From assembly GCA_026399445.1 (NCBI GenBank), contig JAPLRA010000121.1:1-34266 (forward strand): a DNA stretch of 34,266 bases, given 5' to 3'. Position 1 is the stretch's first letter. Every line of letters begins with the position of its first letter. Both the position numbers and the translations under genes were made by a program. Under the pieces are notes generated by a model. It ran no database searches, had not been told where the DNA came from, and saw nothing but the letters and a program-made list of their open reading frames with translations. Below, piece after piece: positions 1 through 8,177 of the stretch. This DNA is from Sulfuritalea sp. Its GTDB lineage: Bacteria; Pseudomonadota; Gammaproteobacteria; Burkholderiales; Rhodocyclaceae.

Positions 1-119
1 GCCAGCATGCAGGGCACCAGCAGGGCGCGATTGAGCAGGCTCATGGCGCGGTCGAGTGCGCCGAGTAAGCCTGTCGGCGCGTTGGCACCCGTCAGGCGCG
101 GGTCGTAACCGTGACTCAT
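1..119 (-). CDS. dctQ: TRAP transporter small permease (DctQ/MatQ-like), N-terminal part only; truncated by window edge
   Basis: ATG at 119 reads MSHGYDPRLTGANAPTGLLGALDRAMSLLNRALLVPCMLA, a typical DctQ N-terminus; lies directly downstream of dctP. Confidence 0.7.
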   Translation of the reverse strand, partial: MSHGYDPRLTGANAPTGLLGALDRAMSLLNRALLVPCML

Positions 120-203
120 GTCGAACCCAACGCCAATGGCTCCGATAAACCGCCTCGAATCATGAAATTTGTCTCCCTCTTTGCGCCATGGGCTGGCAAA
201 TAG

Positions 204-277
204 GCCCGCCCCTCCCATCCTCCCCTCACGGGGAGGCTATTGATCGGCTCGCTGCGCTCGATATCACAAGCGCCCCA
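204..277 (+). repeat. Intergenic structured repeat, copy A (core only)
   Basis: gcccgcccc...cctcccc-tcac-ggggagg-gcta-ttgatcggctcgctgcgctcgatatcac aligns by eye with 4016-4189 (-) and 18268-18384 (+). Confidence 0.7.
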
Positions 278-292
278 GCCTGTCGTCTCGCT

Positions 293-1309
293 TTAAAGCG
301 TTTTTTCAGCCAGCTTCAGCAAACGTGCGCAGTTGGGCGACTTCTCGGCGAAGTCCTTCCACGCCGTGTCGCGCGCCAGCGCCTGCCACTTCTTGATGGC
401 CTTGTCGTCCAGGTCGTACACCTTGGCGCCGGCCTTGAGGTAAATATCCGCCACCTGCTTGTCGTCGACCTTCGCCTGTTCGGTGCCGAATTTTTCCATC
501 TCGGCGCCGACCTGCATGATGGCCTGCTGCTGATCCTTGGGCAGCTTGTCGAATACGCTCTTCGCCATCATGAGCGGCTCGGCCATGAACCAGTAGGCCT
601 TGCCGCGGCCGGTGGTGAGATGCTTCGAGACTTCCTCCAGGCGGAAGGAAATCAGACTGGTGGACGACGTCATCGCCGCGTCGGCGGCACCGGTCTGCAT
701 CGCTGCATAGATTTCGTTGGAAGGCAGCGACAGCACGGAGGCGCCGGCAGCCTTGAGGATCATGTCCATTTCCTTGCTGCCGCCACGCACCTTCATGCCC
801 TTTGCATCCTCCGGATTCACCAGCGGAGCGGAGCGGCTGGCAACGCCGCCGGCCTGCCAGATCCAGCTGACGATGACAATGCCCTTTTCCAGCAGCAGCT
901 CGGTGAGCGCCTTGCCGATCTCGGCATTCTTCCAGGTCGCGGCCTGCTCGTAGGAGGTGACCAGCCCCGGCATCAGGCCGAGGTTGAGTTCGGGCACTTC
1001 GCCGCCGGCATAGGGCATCGGATACAGGCTCATGTCCAGCGCACCCTTGCGCATGGCGCTGAACTGGGCGTTGGTCTTCATCAGCGACGATCCAGGATAG
1101 ATCTGGAACTTCAGGCCGCCCTTGGTGCGCGCTTCCACTTCCAGAGCGAACTTGCGGCACAGGCGGTCGCGGAAATCACCCGAGTCGATGGTGCCGCCGG
1201 GAAACTGGTGGGAAATCTTCAGAGGTTCGGCGCCGAGGGCGTGGCGTCCGAACAGCATCAGCGGTGCGGCGGCAAGTGCAGCTTGCAGAATCGAGCGGCG
1301 GGTGGTCAT
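293..1309 (-). CDS. dctP: TRAP transporter substrate-binding protein DctP (malonate MatP-like) with Tat signal peptide
   Basis: 338 aa; TRRSIL twin-arginine leader; GMKVRG and EIYAAMQTG DctP motifs; next to malonyl-CoA decarboxylase; RBS GAGGAG. Confidence 0.9.
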   Translation of the reverse strand: MTTRRSILQAALAAAPLMLFGRHALGAEPLKISHQFPGGTIDSGDFRDRLCRKFALEVEARTKGGLKFQIYPGSSLMKTNAQFSAMRKGALDMSLYPMPYAGGEVPELNLGLMPGLVTSYEQAATWKNAEIGKALTELLLEKGIVIVSWIWQAGGVASRSAPLVNPEDAKGMKVRGGSKEMDMILKAAGASVLSLPSNEIYAAMQTGAADAAMTSSTSLISFRLEEVSKHLTTGRGKAYWFMAEPLMMAKSVFDKLPKDQQQAIMQVGAEMEKFGTEQAKVDDKQVADIYLKAGAKVYDLDDKAIKKWQALARDTAWKDFAEKSPNCARLLKLAEKTL

Positions 1310-1324
1310 GGTTTCTCTCCTCGT

Positions 1325-2653
1325 TTAATTTTGTTTCTGCCGCGCCAACCGCCTGACGGCGGCCGACGTGGCGACGGTGCCCTCGCGGGCGAAGTTTTCG
1401 ACGTTCTGTTCCAGGTCTTCGGTGTCGTACAGGTAATTGACCATGACGCCAAAGGACTGCTTGAAACCCTTCGGCGAGGCGTCGCCCATGGGATTGATCC
1501 GTTCGAGACGGGCGCCGTTGCCCAGGTGAAAGCGCGCAACGGCGTCCAATGGCTGCCGGCCATCGCCGCGGCTTGATTTGGCCAGCGTCAGGTAGCGCGC
1601 CGCGAGCTGGGACAGTGATTCATTGGTCTTGCGTGCCAGCGCGCGATCCTGCGCCCATTCGCCGGTGGCAAGCTGCGCGGCATCCAGTTCGAGCCCAGCG
1701 GCGGTTAGCTCCTGCGGGTTCTTCCTGACCCAGGACGAAAATCCCGGCAGCGGCGACAGCGTAGCGAAGTGGCTCAGCTTGGGAAAGTCGCGTTGCAAAT
1801 CGTCGATCACCCGTTTCAGCAGAAAGTTGCCGAAGGACACGCCGCGCAAGCCTGCCTGCGTGTTCGAGATCGAATAGAAGATCGCCGTGTCGGCACGGCG
1901 TGCGTCGAACACCGGTGCGTGCTCGTCGAGCAGCGCCTGCACGCTGCCGGCCAGGTGGTCGGTGAGCGCCACCTCGACGAAGATCAAGGGCTCCATCGGC
2001 ATGCGCGGATGGAAAAAGGCGTACAGGCGACGGTCGGAATCGAGCCGGTTCTTGAGGTCGGTCCACGAGCGAATTTCATGCACCGCCTCGTACTGGATCA
2101 GCTTTTCCAGCAGCACCGCCGGCGAGCTCCACGTTATGCGCTGCAACTCGAGGAAGCCGACGTCGAACCATGCAGCAAGCCGCGATTCGAGTTCGCGATC
2201 GAGCGGCGCCAGCTCTGCATCTTCCTCGAGATAGCGCAGCAGGTCGGCGCGCAGATCGACGAGGAACTTGACGCCCTGCGGGATGGCGTTGAACTGGGTC
2301 AGGATGCGGATGCGCGCCGAGCGCAGGGCCGCGCGCAGCTCGGCCTCTGCATCCCATTGACGCTCGGTATCCACCGCGAGCTGATAGGCCTCATGGGCTG
2401 TCGCCACACGCTCCGGCGCCGGCCCGAATTCCAGCGAAATCAGACGCAGGAAAGCGTGACGCCCGATATCGTCGAGTTCGAGGTATGTTTGCGCCAGGGC
2501 CGCCGCGCGGGTGCGCGCGGAAACCTCGCCACCTTTCGCCTCGGCGCACTCGGCCAGTTGCCGGCGCCATTCGTCGAGCTGCTTCGGACGGACAGCCGCC
2601 GTACCGCCAGCGCCGACTATCGAACGCAGCCGCTGGACCAGTCCGTCAACCAT
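1325..2653 (-). CDS. matA: Malonyl-CoA decarboxylase
   Basis: Motifs YEAVHEI, AFFHPRMP, FYSISNTQ.GL.GVSFGNFL.K, TLSP.PGF, VARFHLGNGA, MVNYLY. Confidence 0.95.
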   Translation of the reverse strand: MVDGLVQRLRSIVGAGGTAAVRPKQLDEWRRQLAECAEAKGGEVSARTRAAALAQTYLELDDIGRHAFLRLISLEFGPAPERVATAHEAYQLAVDTERQWDAEAELRAALRSARIRILTQFNAIPQGVKFLVDLRADLLRYLEEDAELAPLDRELESRLAAWFDVGFLELQRITWSSPAVLLEKLIQYEAVHEIRSWTDLKNRLDSDRRLYAFFHPRMPMEPLIFVEVALTDHLAGSVQALLDEHAPVFDARRADTAIFYSISNTQAGLRGVSFGNFLLKRVIDDLQRDFPKLSHFATLSPLPGFSSWVRKNPQELTAAGLELDAAQLATGEWAQDRALARKTNESLSQLAARYLTLAKSSRGDGRQPLDAVARFHLGNGARLERINPMGDASPKGFKQSFGVMVNYLYDTEDLEQNVENFAREGTVATSAAVRRLARQKQN

Positions 2654-3269
2654 CAACGGCCTCCGGCGCCAGTGACATTCCGCGCAGCGCTTCGAGCTGC
2701 GCCAACAGGTGCCCGCGCATTATCTGCTCCGCCGCATCGGCGTTCTGCCAGTGCAGTGCCTTCATCAGCGCACGGTGTTCGGCCAGCGACGCGGCCAGCC
2801 GGCCCTCCAGACGCAGGGAATGGTGGCGCGACAGTTTCAGGAGTTTTCTCAGGTCGCCAATCACGATCTGCAGCCACCGGTTGCCAGCGCATTGCTGCAG
2901 CTGGTCGTGAAAGACGTAGTTGGTCTCGTAGTAGCGATTCACGTCGTCGGCCGCCGCGTACTTTTCCAGTTTTTCGTGCAGTGCATCGAGCGCCTTGAGC
3001 TGCATCGGGGTGCGCTTGCTTGCCACTTCGTGGGCGACGCGGCCTTCGAGCGTGGCCATGATGGGAAAGATTTCTTCCAGATCGCGCAAGGTCAGTTCGG
3101 TGACGAAGCAACCCTTGTGCGGCTGCAAATCCACCAACCCCTCGGCCGACAAGACCTTGAGCGCTTCGCGCAGCGGCGTACGGCTGATGCCGAGTTGCTC
3201 CGCGAGCACGGCCTCGTCCAGCCGCTGGCCCGGCGCCAGCTTGGGGTTATAGATCTGCTCGCGCAGCAA
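2646..3269 (-). CDS. GntR/FadR-family transcriptional regulator (MatR/MdcY-like); 5' end uncertain or truncated
   Basis: HTH LAPGQRLDE..LAEQLGISRTPLREAL plus an FCD domain (N..FH, EH); the only start is a TTG, with an in-frame TAA 13 codons upstream. Confidence 0.85.
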   Translation of the reverse strand: MLREQIYNPKLAPGQRLDEAVLAEQLGISRTPLREALKVLSAEGLVDLQPHKGCFVTELTLRDLEEIFPIMATLEGRVAHEVASKRTPMQLKALDALHEKLEKYAAADDVNRYYETNYVFHDQLQQCAGNRWLQIVIGDLRKLLKLSRHHSLRLEGRLAASLAEHRALMKALHWQNADAAEQIMRGHLLAQLEALRGMSLAPEAVDG

Positions 3270-3278
3270 ATCGATCGC

Positions 3279-3288
3279 TTGTATACAA
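3279..3288. promoter_or_regulatory. Palindromic GntR-family operator TTGTATACAA
   Basis: Perfect 10-bp palindrome matching the core described for malonate regulators MatR/MdcY; immediately upstream of gntR-matA-dctPQ. Confidence 0.7.
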
Positions 3289-3316
3289 CATAGCGGAGCT
3301 TGATCGCCTTAGTCAA
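3287..3316 (-). promoter_or_regulatory. Putative sigma70 promoter for the malonate operon
   Basis: TTGACT (3316-3311), 18-nt spacer, TATGTT (3292-3287); the -10 box overlaps the operator. Confidence 0.5.
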
Positions 3317-3338
3317 GCTGCACCGCAGCAAACCAAAA

Positions 3339-3989
3339 CTACGGCATCAGCTGCGAAAAGTCGTCGATCGCCGGGTAATCGCCGGTGTGCTTTTCCGGCT
3401 GCTTGGTGTCCGGCCTCTTCACCGCCACCAGATGCGCGATGCCGTATTGCCGCGCACTGTCGAGCACCGGCAGGCTGTCGTCGACCAACAGCGTGCGCGC
3501 CGGATCGAAGGGCTCGATCTCCTGCAATCGCTGCCAGAATGCCTGCTCCTCCTTCGCCGCGCCCAGCGCGTGGGAACTGATGATGGCATCGAAGCGCGGC
3601 GAAAGTCCGGTCCTGGCCATTTTCAGCGTCACGCTCTTGTGGTGTGCGTTGGTCGCCAGCACCACGCGCCGGCCGCTGGCGCGCACCGCGTCGAGGAAGG
3701 CCGGCACATGCGGATGGATGCCAATCAGATGCGCGACTTCTTCCTTGAAGCGCATGATGTCCAGTTCCAGCTCGGTTTCCCAGAAATCCACCGAGTACCA
3801 CTCCAGCGTCCCGGCCCGGCCGTGATAGCGCGCCATCAATTCCTCGCGCCCGGTTCCCGCCGGCAAGCCTTTCGCTTCGGCATAGCGCTGTGGCAGATGC
3901 GTCTGCCAGAAGTGATTGTCGAAATGCAGGTCGAGCAGGGTGCCGTCCATGTCGAGCAGGACGGTGTCGATCTGCGACCAGTCAAGCAT
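3339..3989 (-). CDS. yrfG: HAD-family GMP/IMP nucleotidase
   Basis: MLDWSQIDTVLLDMDGTLLDLHFDNHFW N-terminus; TNAH and VDDS HAD motifs; start reassigned to ATG 3989. Confidence 0.9.
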   Translation of the reverse strand: MLDWSQIDTVLLDMDGTLLDLHFDNHFWQTHLPQRYAEAKGLPAGTGREELMARYHGRAGTLEWYSVDFWETELELDIMRFKEEVAHLIGIHPHVPAFLDAVRASGRRVVLATNAHHKSVTLKMARTGLSPRFDAIISSHALGAAKEEQAFWQRLQEIEPFDPARTLLVDDSLPVLDSARQYGIAHLVAVKRPDTKQPEKHTGDYPAIDDFSQLMP

Positions 3990-4015
3990 GGGAACGACCG
4001 AACGGGTTATCGTAA

Positions 4016-4189
4016 TGAAACACTTTGTTTGGGGCTCCCTGTGACTTACGCGCATAGTGCGCCGATTGGTAACCCCCCGCGAGGGGGAAGGGGGGCGGGC
4101 GACTAAACGGCCTTTAGCTACGGCCGCTACGCTTAACGCCGATGATTCCGGCGTTAGCCTCCACTGAAACTTCGTTTTCGCGTGTTTCA
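4016..4189 (-). repeat. MITE/REP-like element, copy B, with 8-bp terminal inverted repeats TGAAACAC/GTGTTTCA
   Basis: TIRs at 4016-4023 and 4182-4189; shares TGAAACACGCGAAAA and the hairpin core with 18268-18384. Confidence 0.7.
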
Positions 4190-4221
4190 CCTTCTGCGGG
4201 TGGCGCTCGGTACGGTGAGCG

Positions 4222-4668
4222 TTAGGGGCGAATATAGGCATAGCCTTGCTGCTGGCGGCGCATCAACTGCACCACGCCGGCGGCGACGAAGTCGACCTTC
4301 CGGTTCATGTCGTCGCGACTGAGCTTCTGCGCCTTCATGGTGTTTTCGCAGGCCACCACCTTCACTCCGGCGGCGACCGCATCCTCGATACGGTTGGCCA
4401 CGACTGCGTCCGCCTTGAGCATGCCGATGCCCGGCCCGTAGGCGACGATCTCGACCTCGGTCTTGTCCGCACCCAGATCGGTTTGCACGTTCTTCGCGTT
4501 GTTCAGGGCCAGATTCCATTTCTGCGGATCGGCATCGGATACCTGGATCACTACGCGCTCCTTTTGTGGCTTCTGCGCCGACTTGTCTTCAGCGGCAGCG
4601 GAACTCAGGGGGAGGGCGAAAGCCGCGCAAGCGATGGCGGCAGCGAACGTACGATGGATGGCAATCAT
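4222..4668 (-). CDS. Exported DsrE/DsrF-like family protein
   Basis: Sec signal peptide; VVIQVSD..P.KWNLALNN, VAYGPGI, VACENTM, GVV.L...QQQGYAYIRP; RBS AGGAG before ATG 4668. Confidence 0.88.
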   Translation of the reverse strand: MIAIHRTFAAAIACAAFALPLSSAAAEDKSAQKPQKERVVIQVSDADPQKWNLALNNAKNVQTDLGADKTEVEIVAYGPGIGMLKADAVVANRIEDAVAAGVKVVACENTMKAQKLSRDDMNRKVDFVAAGVVQLMRRQQQGYAYIRP

Positions 4669-4784
4669 GATGAGGTTCTCCTGTTCGGGTTTGTGAAAGC
4701 TGCGTCTAGTGCGCAGTCGATCAAGCATAGCAGCCCGACGGCGATCTACGCCGGCTCCTGCATTTATGCACAAATACAATCAGG

Positions 4785-5231
4785 CTATGGCCGGAGGTAG
4801 GTCCAGCCCTGCTGCTGCAGGCGCATGATCTCGACATAGCCGGCCTTGGCGTAGGCAATGCCGTCGATCATGTCGTCCTTCGTCAGGTGCTGCGCCTGCA
4901 TCGAATTGCCGCAGGCGACGAAACGCACGCCAGCCGACATCGCGTCCTGCACCTTGTTCGCTGTCAGCGCGTCGGCATTGAGCATGCCCAGCCCCGGTCC
5001 GATCGCCACCACCGTGACCTCCACCCGGCCCAACTCTTCCTGCACGTTGTTGATGTTGGCGAGCACCGTATTCCACTTGCGCGAATCGTCTTCGTTCACC
5101 TGAAACACCACACGGTTCCGGGTCGCCGCAGCCTTGTCGGCAACCACTGCCGTATCGGCTGCGCGAGCGGCGACGGGCGCCAGCAAAAACAAAGTCACCA
5201 GGCCAAGTACTGCGAAATGTTTCAGGTTCAT
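4785..5231 (-). CDS. Exported DsrE/DsrF-like family protein (paralog)
   Basis: Signal peptide ending ARA; VVFQVNED, IGPGLGML, VACGNSM, QQQGWTYLRP; RBS AGGAGG. Confidence 0.88.
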   Translation of the reverse strand: MNLKHFAVLGLVTLFLLAPVAARAADTAVVADKAAATRNRVVFQVNEDDSRKWNTVLANINNVQEELGRVEVTVVAIGPGLGMLNADALTANKVQDAMSAGVRFVACGNSMQAQHLTKDDMIDGIAYAKAGYVEIMRLQQQGWTYLRP

Positions 5232-5257
5232 GTCGGATCCTCCTGTGAAACCTGCGC

Positions 5258-6121
5258 TCAGTAATTGCCGCCGCGCATGAAGCGGACGATACCGGCGGCG
5301 ACCTCCGCCTCCTGGTCGACAAAGTCATGCGGTTCGCCGACCTCGCAGGCAGCGACGCCGGGTGCCCGCCCGGCACTGACGGGCCCGCCTGTCACGGTAG
5401 CAACTTGCTGGCGCGCCGCCTGCGTCTTCGCCGCAATATTTCCCATGCGATCCGCCGGCGAGCGCACGCAGCTGTCCGCCGCGTGTCCGACGATCAGCAG
5501 GGGCGCCTTGATGGCTTCGAGATCGACCGAGAACACCGTCTGCGCCACCCACGATTTTTTCGCCCTCGCGTCGCCCACCAGCATCGGCGACAGCAGCACC
5601 ACGCCGTCCGGAGCGGACGAACCCGTCAGGCGTGCGGCGGCGTTGGCCGCCGATATCGTGCCGCGACTGTGTCCGATGATCCATACCGGCCCCTGGATGC
5701 GCGAACGAAGCTCGGCGATGACCTTGCCCAGATCCTCCGCATGCCCTGCAGCGATGCGAAATCCGCCAAGCCCCTCTTCGCCCCGCAGATCGGACGGCAC
5801 ATCGACCAGCACGGTGGCCACACCCGCCTCGCGCAGCAGCGGACTCATGCGTATCAGCGAATTGCCATTGAGCTTCTGCGCGCAGCCCTTGTCGTCGAGA
5901 GCGATGAAGCCGCCGCCACCGATGAGCATCACCAGAGCACTTCGCGCGCCGGGCGCGGCGTCGCCACGGGCCTCCGCCAACGCGTAGCGCATAGTCGCGC
6001 CCGACTGCGTGGTGATGCTCCGGGCTTCGCCGCAACGACCGCCCGCCTTGGCCTCATTCGATTGAGCGAAGGCAGTCGAGGTGGTCGCCATCAGGAAAAG
6101 CAGGAACCAGCAACGCATCAT
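5258..6121 (-). CDS. Exported alpha/beta hydrolase
   Basis: Signal peptide ending AFA; GGGG oxyanion region; GHSRG nucleophile motif; candidate Asp (AADSC) and His (EPHDF). Confidence 0.75.
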   Translation of the reverse strand: MMRCWFLLFLMATTSTAFAQSNEAKAGGRCGEARSITTQSGATMRYALAEARGDAAPGARSALVMLIGGGGFIALDDKGCAQKLNGNSLIRMSPLLREAGVATVLVDVPSDLRGEEGLGGFRIAAGHAEDLGKVIAELRSRIQGPVWIIGHSRGTISAANAAARLTGSSAPDGVVLLSPMLVGDARAKKSWVAQTVFSVDLEAIKAPLLIVGHAADSCVRSPADRMGNIAAKTQAARQQVATVTGGPVSAGRAPGVAACEVGEPHDFVDQEAEVAAGIVRFMRGGNY

Positions 6122-6237
6122 CGAGCTCCGGCACAATTGACGAAAAATCCTGCACGCCCCGCTTCGCGGGTGCGAACCGGATGCGGAAGCAGGATATCGT
6201 GTAAGTTGCCAACAGTCACTTTTGTCAAAGCGTCTTC

Positions 6238-7344
6238 ATGGAAAAAATTGATTGCCTCGTCATCGGCGCCGGCGTCATCGGCCTGGCCGTGGCGCGCAGG
6301 CTGGCCGCCGCGGGCCGCGACGTACTGATCGTGGAAAGCGAAAGCGCCTTCGGCACCGGCATCAGCGCGCGCAACAGCGAGGTGATCCATGCCGGCATCC
6401 ATTATCCGGCGGGCTCGCTCAAAGCCAGGCTGTGCGTCGCCGGCCGAGACATGCTGTATGCCTACTGCGCCGAGCGCGGCATAGGCCATCGCCGCTGCGG
6501 CAAGCTGATGGTGGCCACCAGCGATCAGCAACGCGCCCAGCTCGACCGCATCGCCGCCGGCGCCCGGGCCAACGGCGTGGACGATCTCCGGTTTCTGTCG
6601 CGCACCGAGGCCCGTGCGCTGGAGCCGGCGCTGGAATGTACCGCCGCACTGCTGTCGCCCTCGACCGGGATCATCGACAGCCATGCCTTGATGCTGTCGC
6701 TGCTGGGCGACGCGGAAAGAAACGGCGCCGTGCTGGCCTTGAACAGCCCGGTGCTGGACGGCGAGATCGTCGCGGACGGCATCGTCCTCAGGGTCGGTAG
6801 CGGTACCGATGAATCCATGAGGATTCACGCCGCAACCGTGGTGAATTGCGCCGGGCTCGGCGCCCAGGGCATCGCCCGCCACCTGCGCGGCCTGCCGCCG
6901 CAATCCGTGCCCCCGCTCCACTATGCCAAGGGCAACTACTATGCGCTGGCCGGCCGCGCTCCGTTCTCGCGACTGATCTACCCGGTGCCGGAAGCAGCCG
7001 GGCTAGGCGTGCACCTCACGCTCGACCTCGGCGGGCAGGCGCGCTTTGGTCCCGACGTGGAATGGATCGGCACCATCGACTACACGGTTGCCCCTGAACG
7101 TGCCGAGGCGTTCTACGGCGAAGTGCGGCGCTACTGGCCACAACTGTCCGATGGCGCGCTGGTCCCCGCCTACGCCGGCATCCGGCCCAAGCCGCATGCG
7201 CCGGGCGAGCCCGCATGCGATTTTCTGGTTTCAGGGCCGGCCGAACATGGCGTGCCCGGGCTGGTCTGCCTGTATGGCATCGAATCGCCGGGGCTGACTT
7301 CCTGCCTTGCACTGGCCGACCACGTCGTCGGCAGCGCCATCTAG
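6238..7344 (+). CDS. NAD(P)/FAD-dependent oxidoreductase, L-2-hydroxyglutarate oxidase/dehydrogenase family
   Basis: GAGVIG dinucleotide motif; [11 protein letters not shown]; GLGVHLTLD; GIRPK; GIESPGLT. Confidence 0.88.
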   Translation: MEKIDCLVIGAGVIGLAVARRLAAAGRDVLIVESESAFGTGISARNSEVIHAGIHYPAGSLKARLCVAGRDMLYAYCAERGIGHRRCGKLMVATSDQQRAQLDRIAAGARANGVDDLRFLSRTEARALEPALECTAALLSPSTGIIDSHALMLSLLGDAERNGAVLALNSPVLDGEIVADGIVLRVGSGTDESMRIHAATVVNCAGLGAQGIARHLRGLPPQSVPPLHYAKGNYYALAGRAPFSRLIYPVPEAAGLGVHLTLDLGGQARFGPDVEWIGTIDYTVAPERAEAFYGEVRRYWPQLSDGALVPAYAGIRPKPHAPGEPACDFLVSGPAEHGVPGLVCLYGIESPGLTSCLALADHVVGSAI

Positions 7345-8177
7345 CGACCCTTGAATTTCGCCGGCCGCTTTTCCAGAAAGGCCGCCAGCCCTTCGGCGTA
7401 ATCCTGCGTGTCGAGGAAGGCGAATGAGGAACGCTTTTCCTCTTCGGAAACCGGACGATCCTCCATCAGCCGCGCAATCCACTGCTTGTGCCAGCACGCC
7501 ACCAGCGGCGCGCCAGAGGCGATGCGTGCCGCGGTCGCCTGCGCTTCCGGCAGCACCTCGTCATCCGCCACTATCCGCGTCAGCAAGCCCTTGGCATAGG
7601 CCTCGTCCGCGCCAAGCAGCCGCCCCTCGAGCAGAATTTCCTTCGCCACCGCCGGGCCGGCGAGCTTGAGAAAACCAGCCAGTTCGCCGGGGTACATGGA
7701 GAACCCCAGCTTCATGATCGGCGCACCGAACTTCGCCCCTTCGCCCGCAATGCGCAGATCGCAGGCGCAGGCAATCTCCAGCCCGCCGCCGACGCAGGGA
7801 CCGAGGATCGCGGCGACGGTGGGATGCCGACAGGATTCGATGGCGGCCAGCGCTTCACCGACGACTTCGTGGTAGGCAAGTGCGAGATCGACAGTGGCGC
7901 GCGCGGTACGAAACTCTTCGAGGTCGCCGCCGGCGGCAAAGGCGGTGCCTTCGCCGCGCAGGACGATGCAGCGCAGGGAATCGTCGGTCGCCAACTCGAG
8001 CATGGTGACGCGCAGCTGCTGCCACATCGCGGCATTCAGCGCATTGAGTTTTCCCGGGTTGAACAGCGTAACCGTGGCGATGGCGCCATCACGCTGACAG
8101 AGGATATTGCCGGCCAGCGCAGCTGAATCCCCGGCACGCAGAGCGCCCTCTGATTCGATTTTTTCTTTTTTAATCAT
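7341..8177 (-). CDS. Enoyl-CoA hydratase/isomerase (crotonase) family protein
   Basis: [38 protein letters not shown]; ATG overlaps the MFS stop codon (ATGA). Confidence 0.9.
   Translation of the reverse strand: MIKKEKIESEGALRAGDSAALAGNILCQRDGAIATVTLFNPGKLNALNAAMWQQLRVTMLELATDDSLRCIVLRGEGTAFAAGGDLEEFRTARATVDLALAYHEVVGEALAAIESCRHPTVAAILGPCVGGGLEIACACDLRIAGEGAKFGAPIMKLGFSMYPGELAGFLKLAGPAVAKEILLEGRLLGADEAYAKGLLTRIVADDEVLPEAQATAARIASGAPLVACWHKQWIARLMEDRPVSEEEKRSSFAFLDTQDYAEGLAAFLEKRPAKFKGR

Noticed and set aside
4070-4165. Possible tmRNA (GGGGGCG..., ...GCTTAA, ...CTCCAC)
   Set aside because: No T-loop (TTCGA), no ANDE..AA tag frame and no CCA end; better explained as repeat copy B.
4131-4227. 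attC-like GCTTAAC...GTTAGCC boxes and a DsrE stop codon within CCCTAAC
   Set aside because: The 29-bp unit is too short for an attC site, the longer pairing lacks complementary L boxes, and there is no integrase or cassette array.
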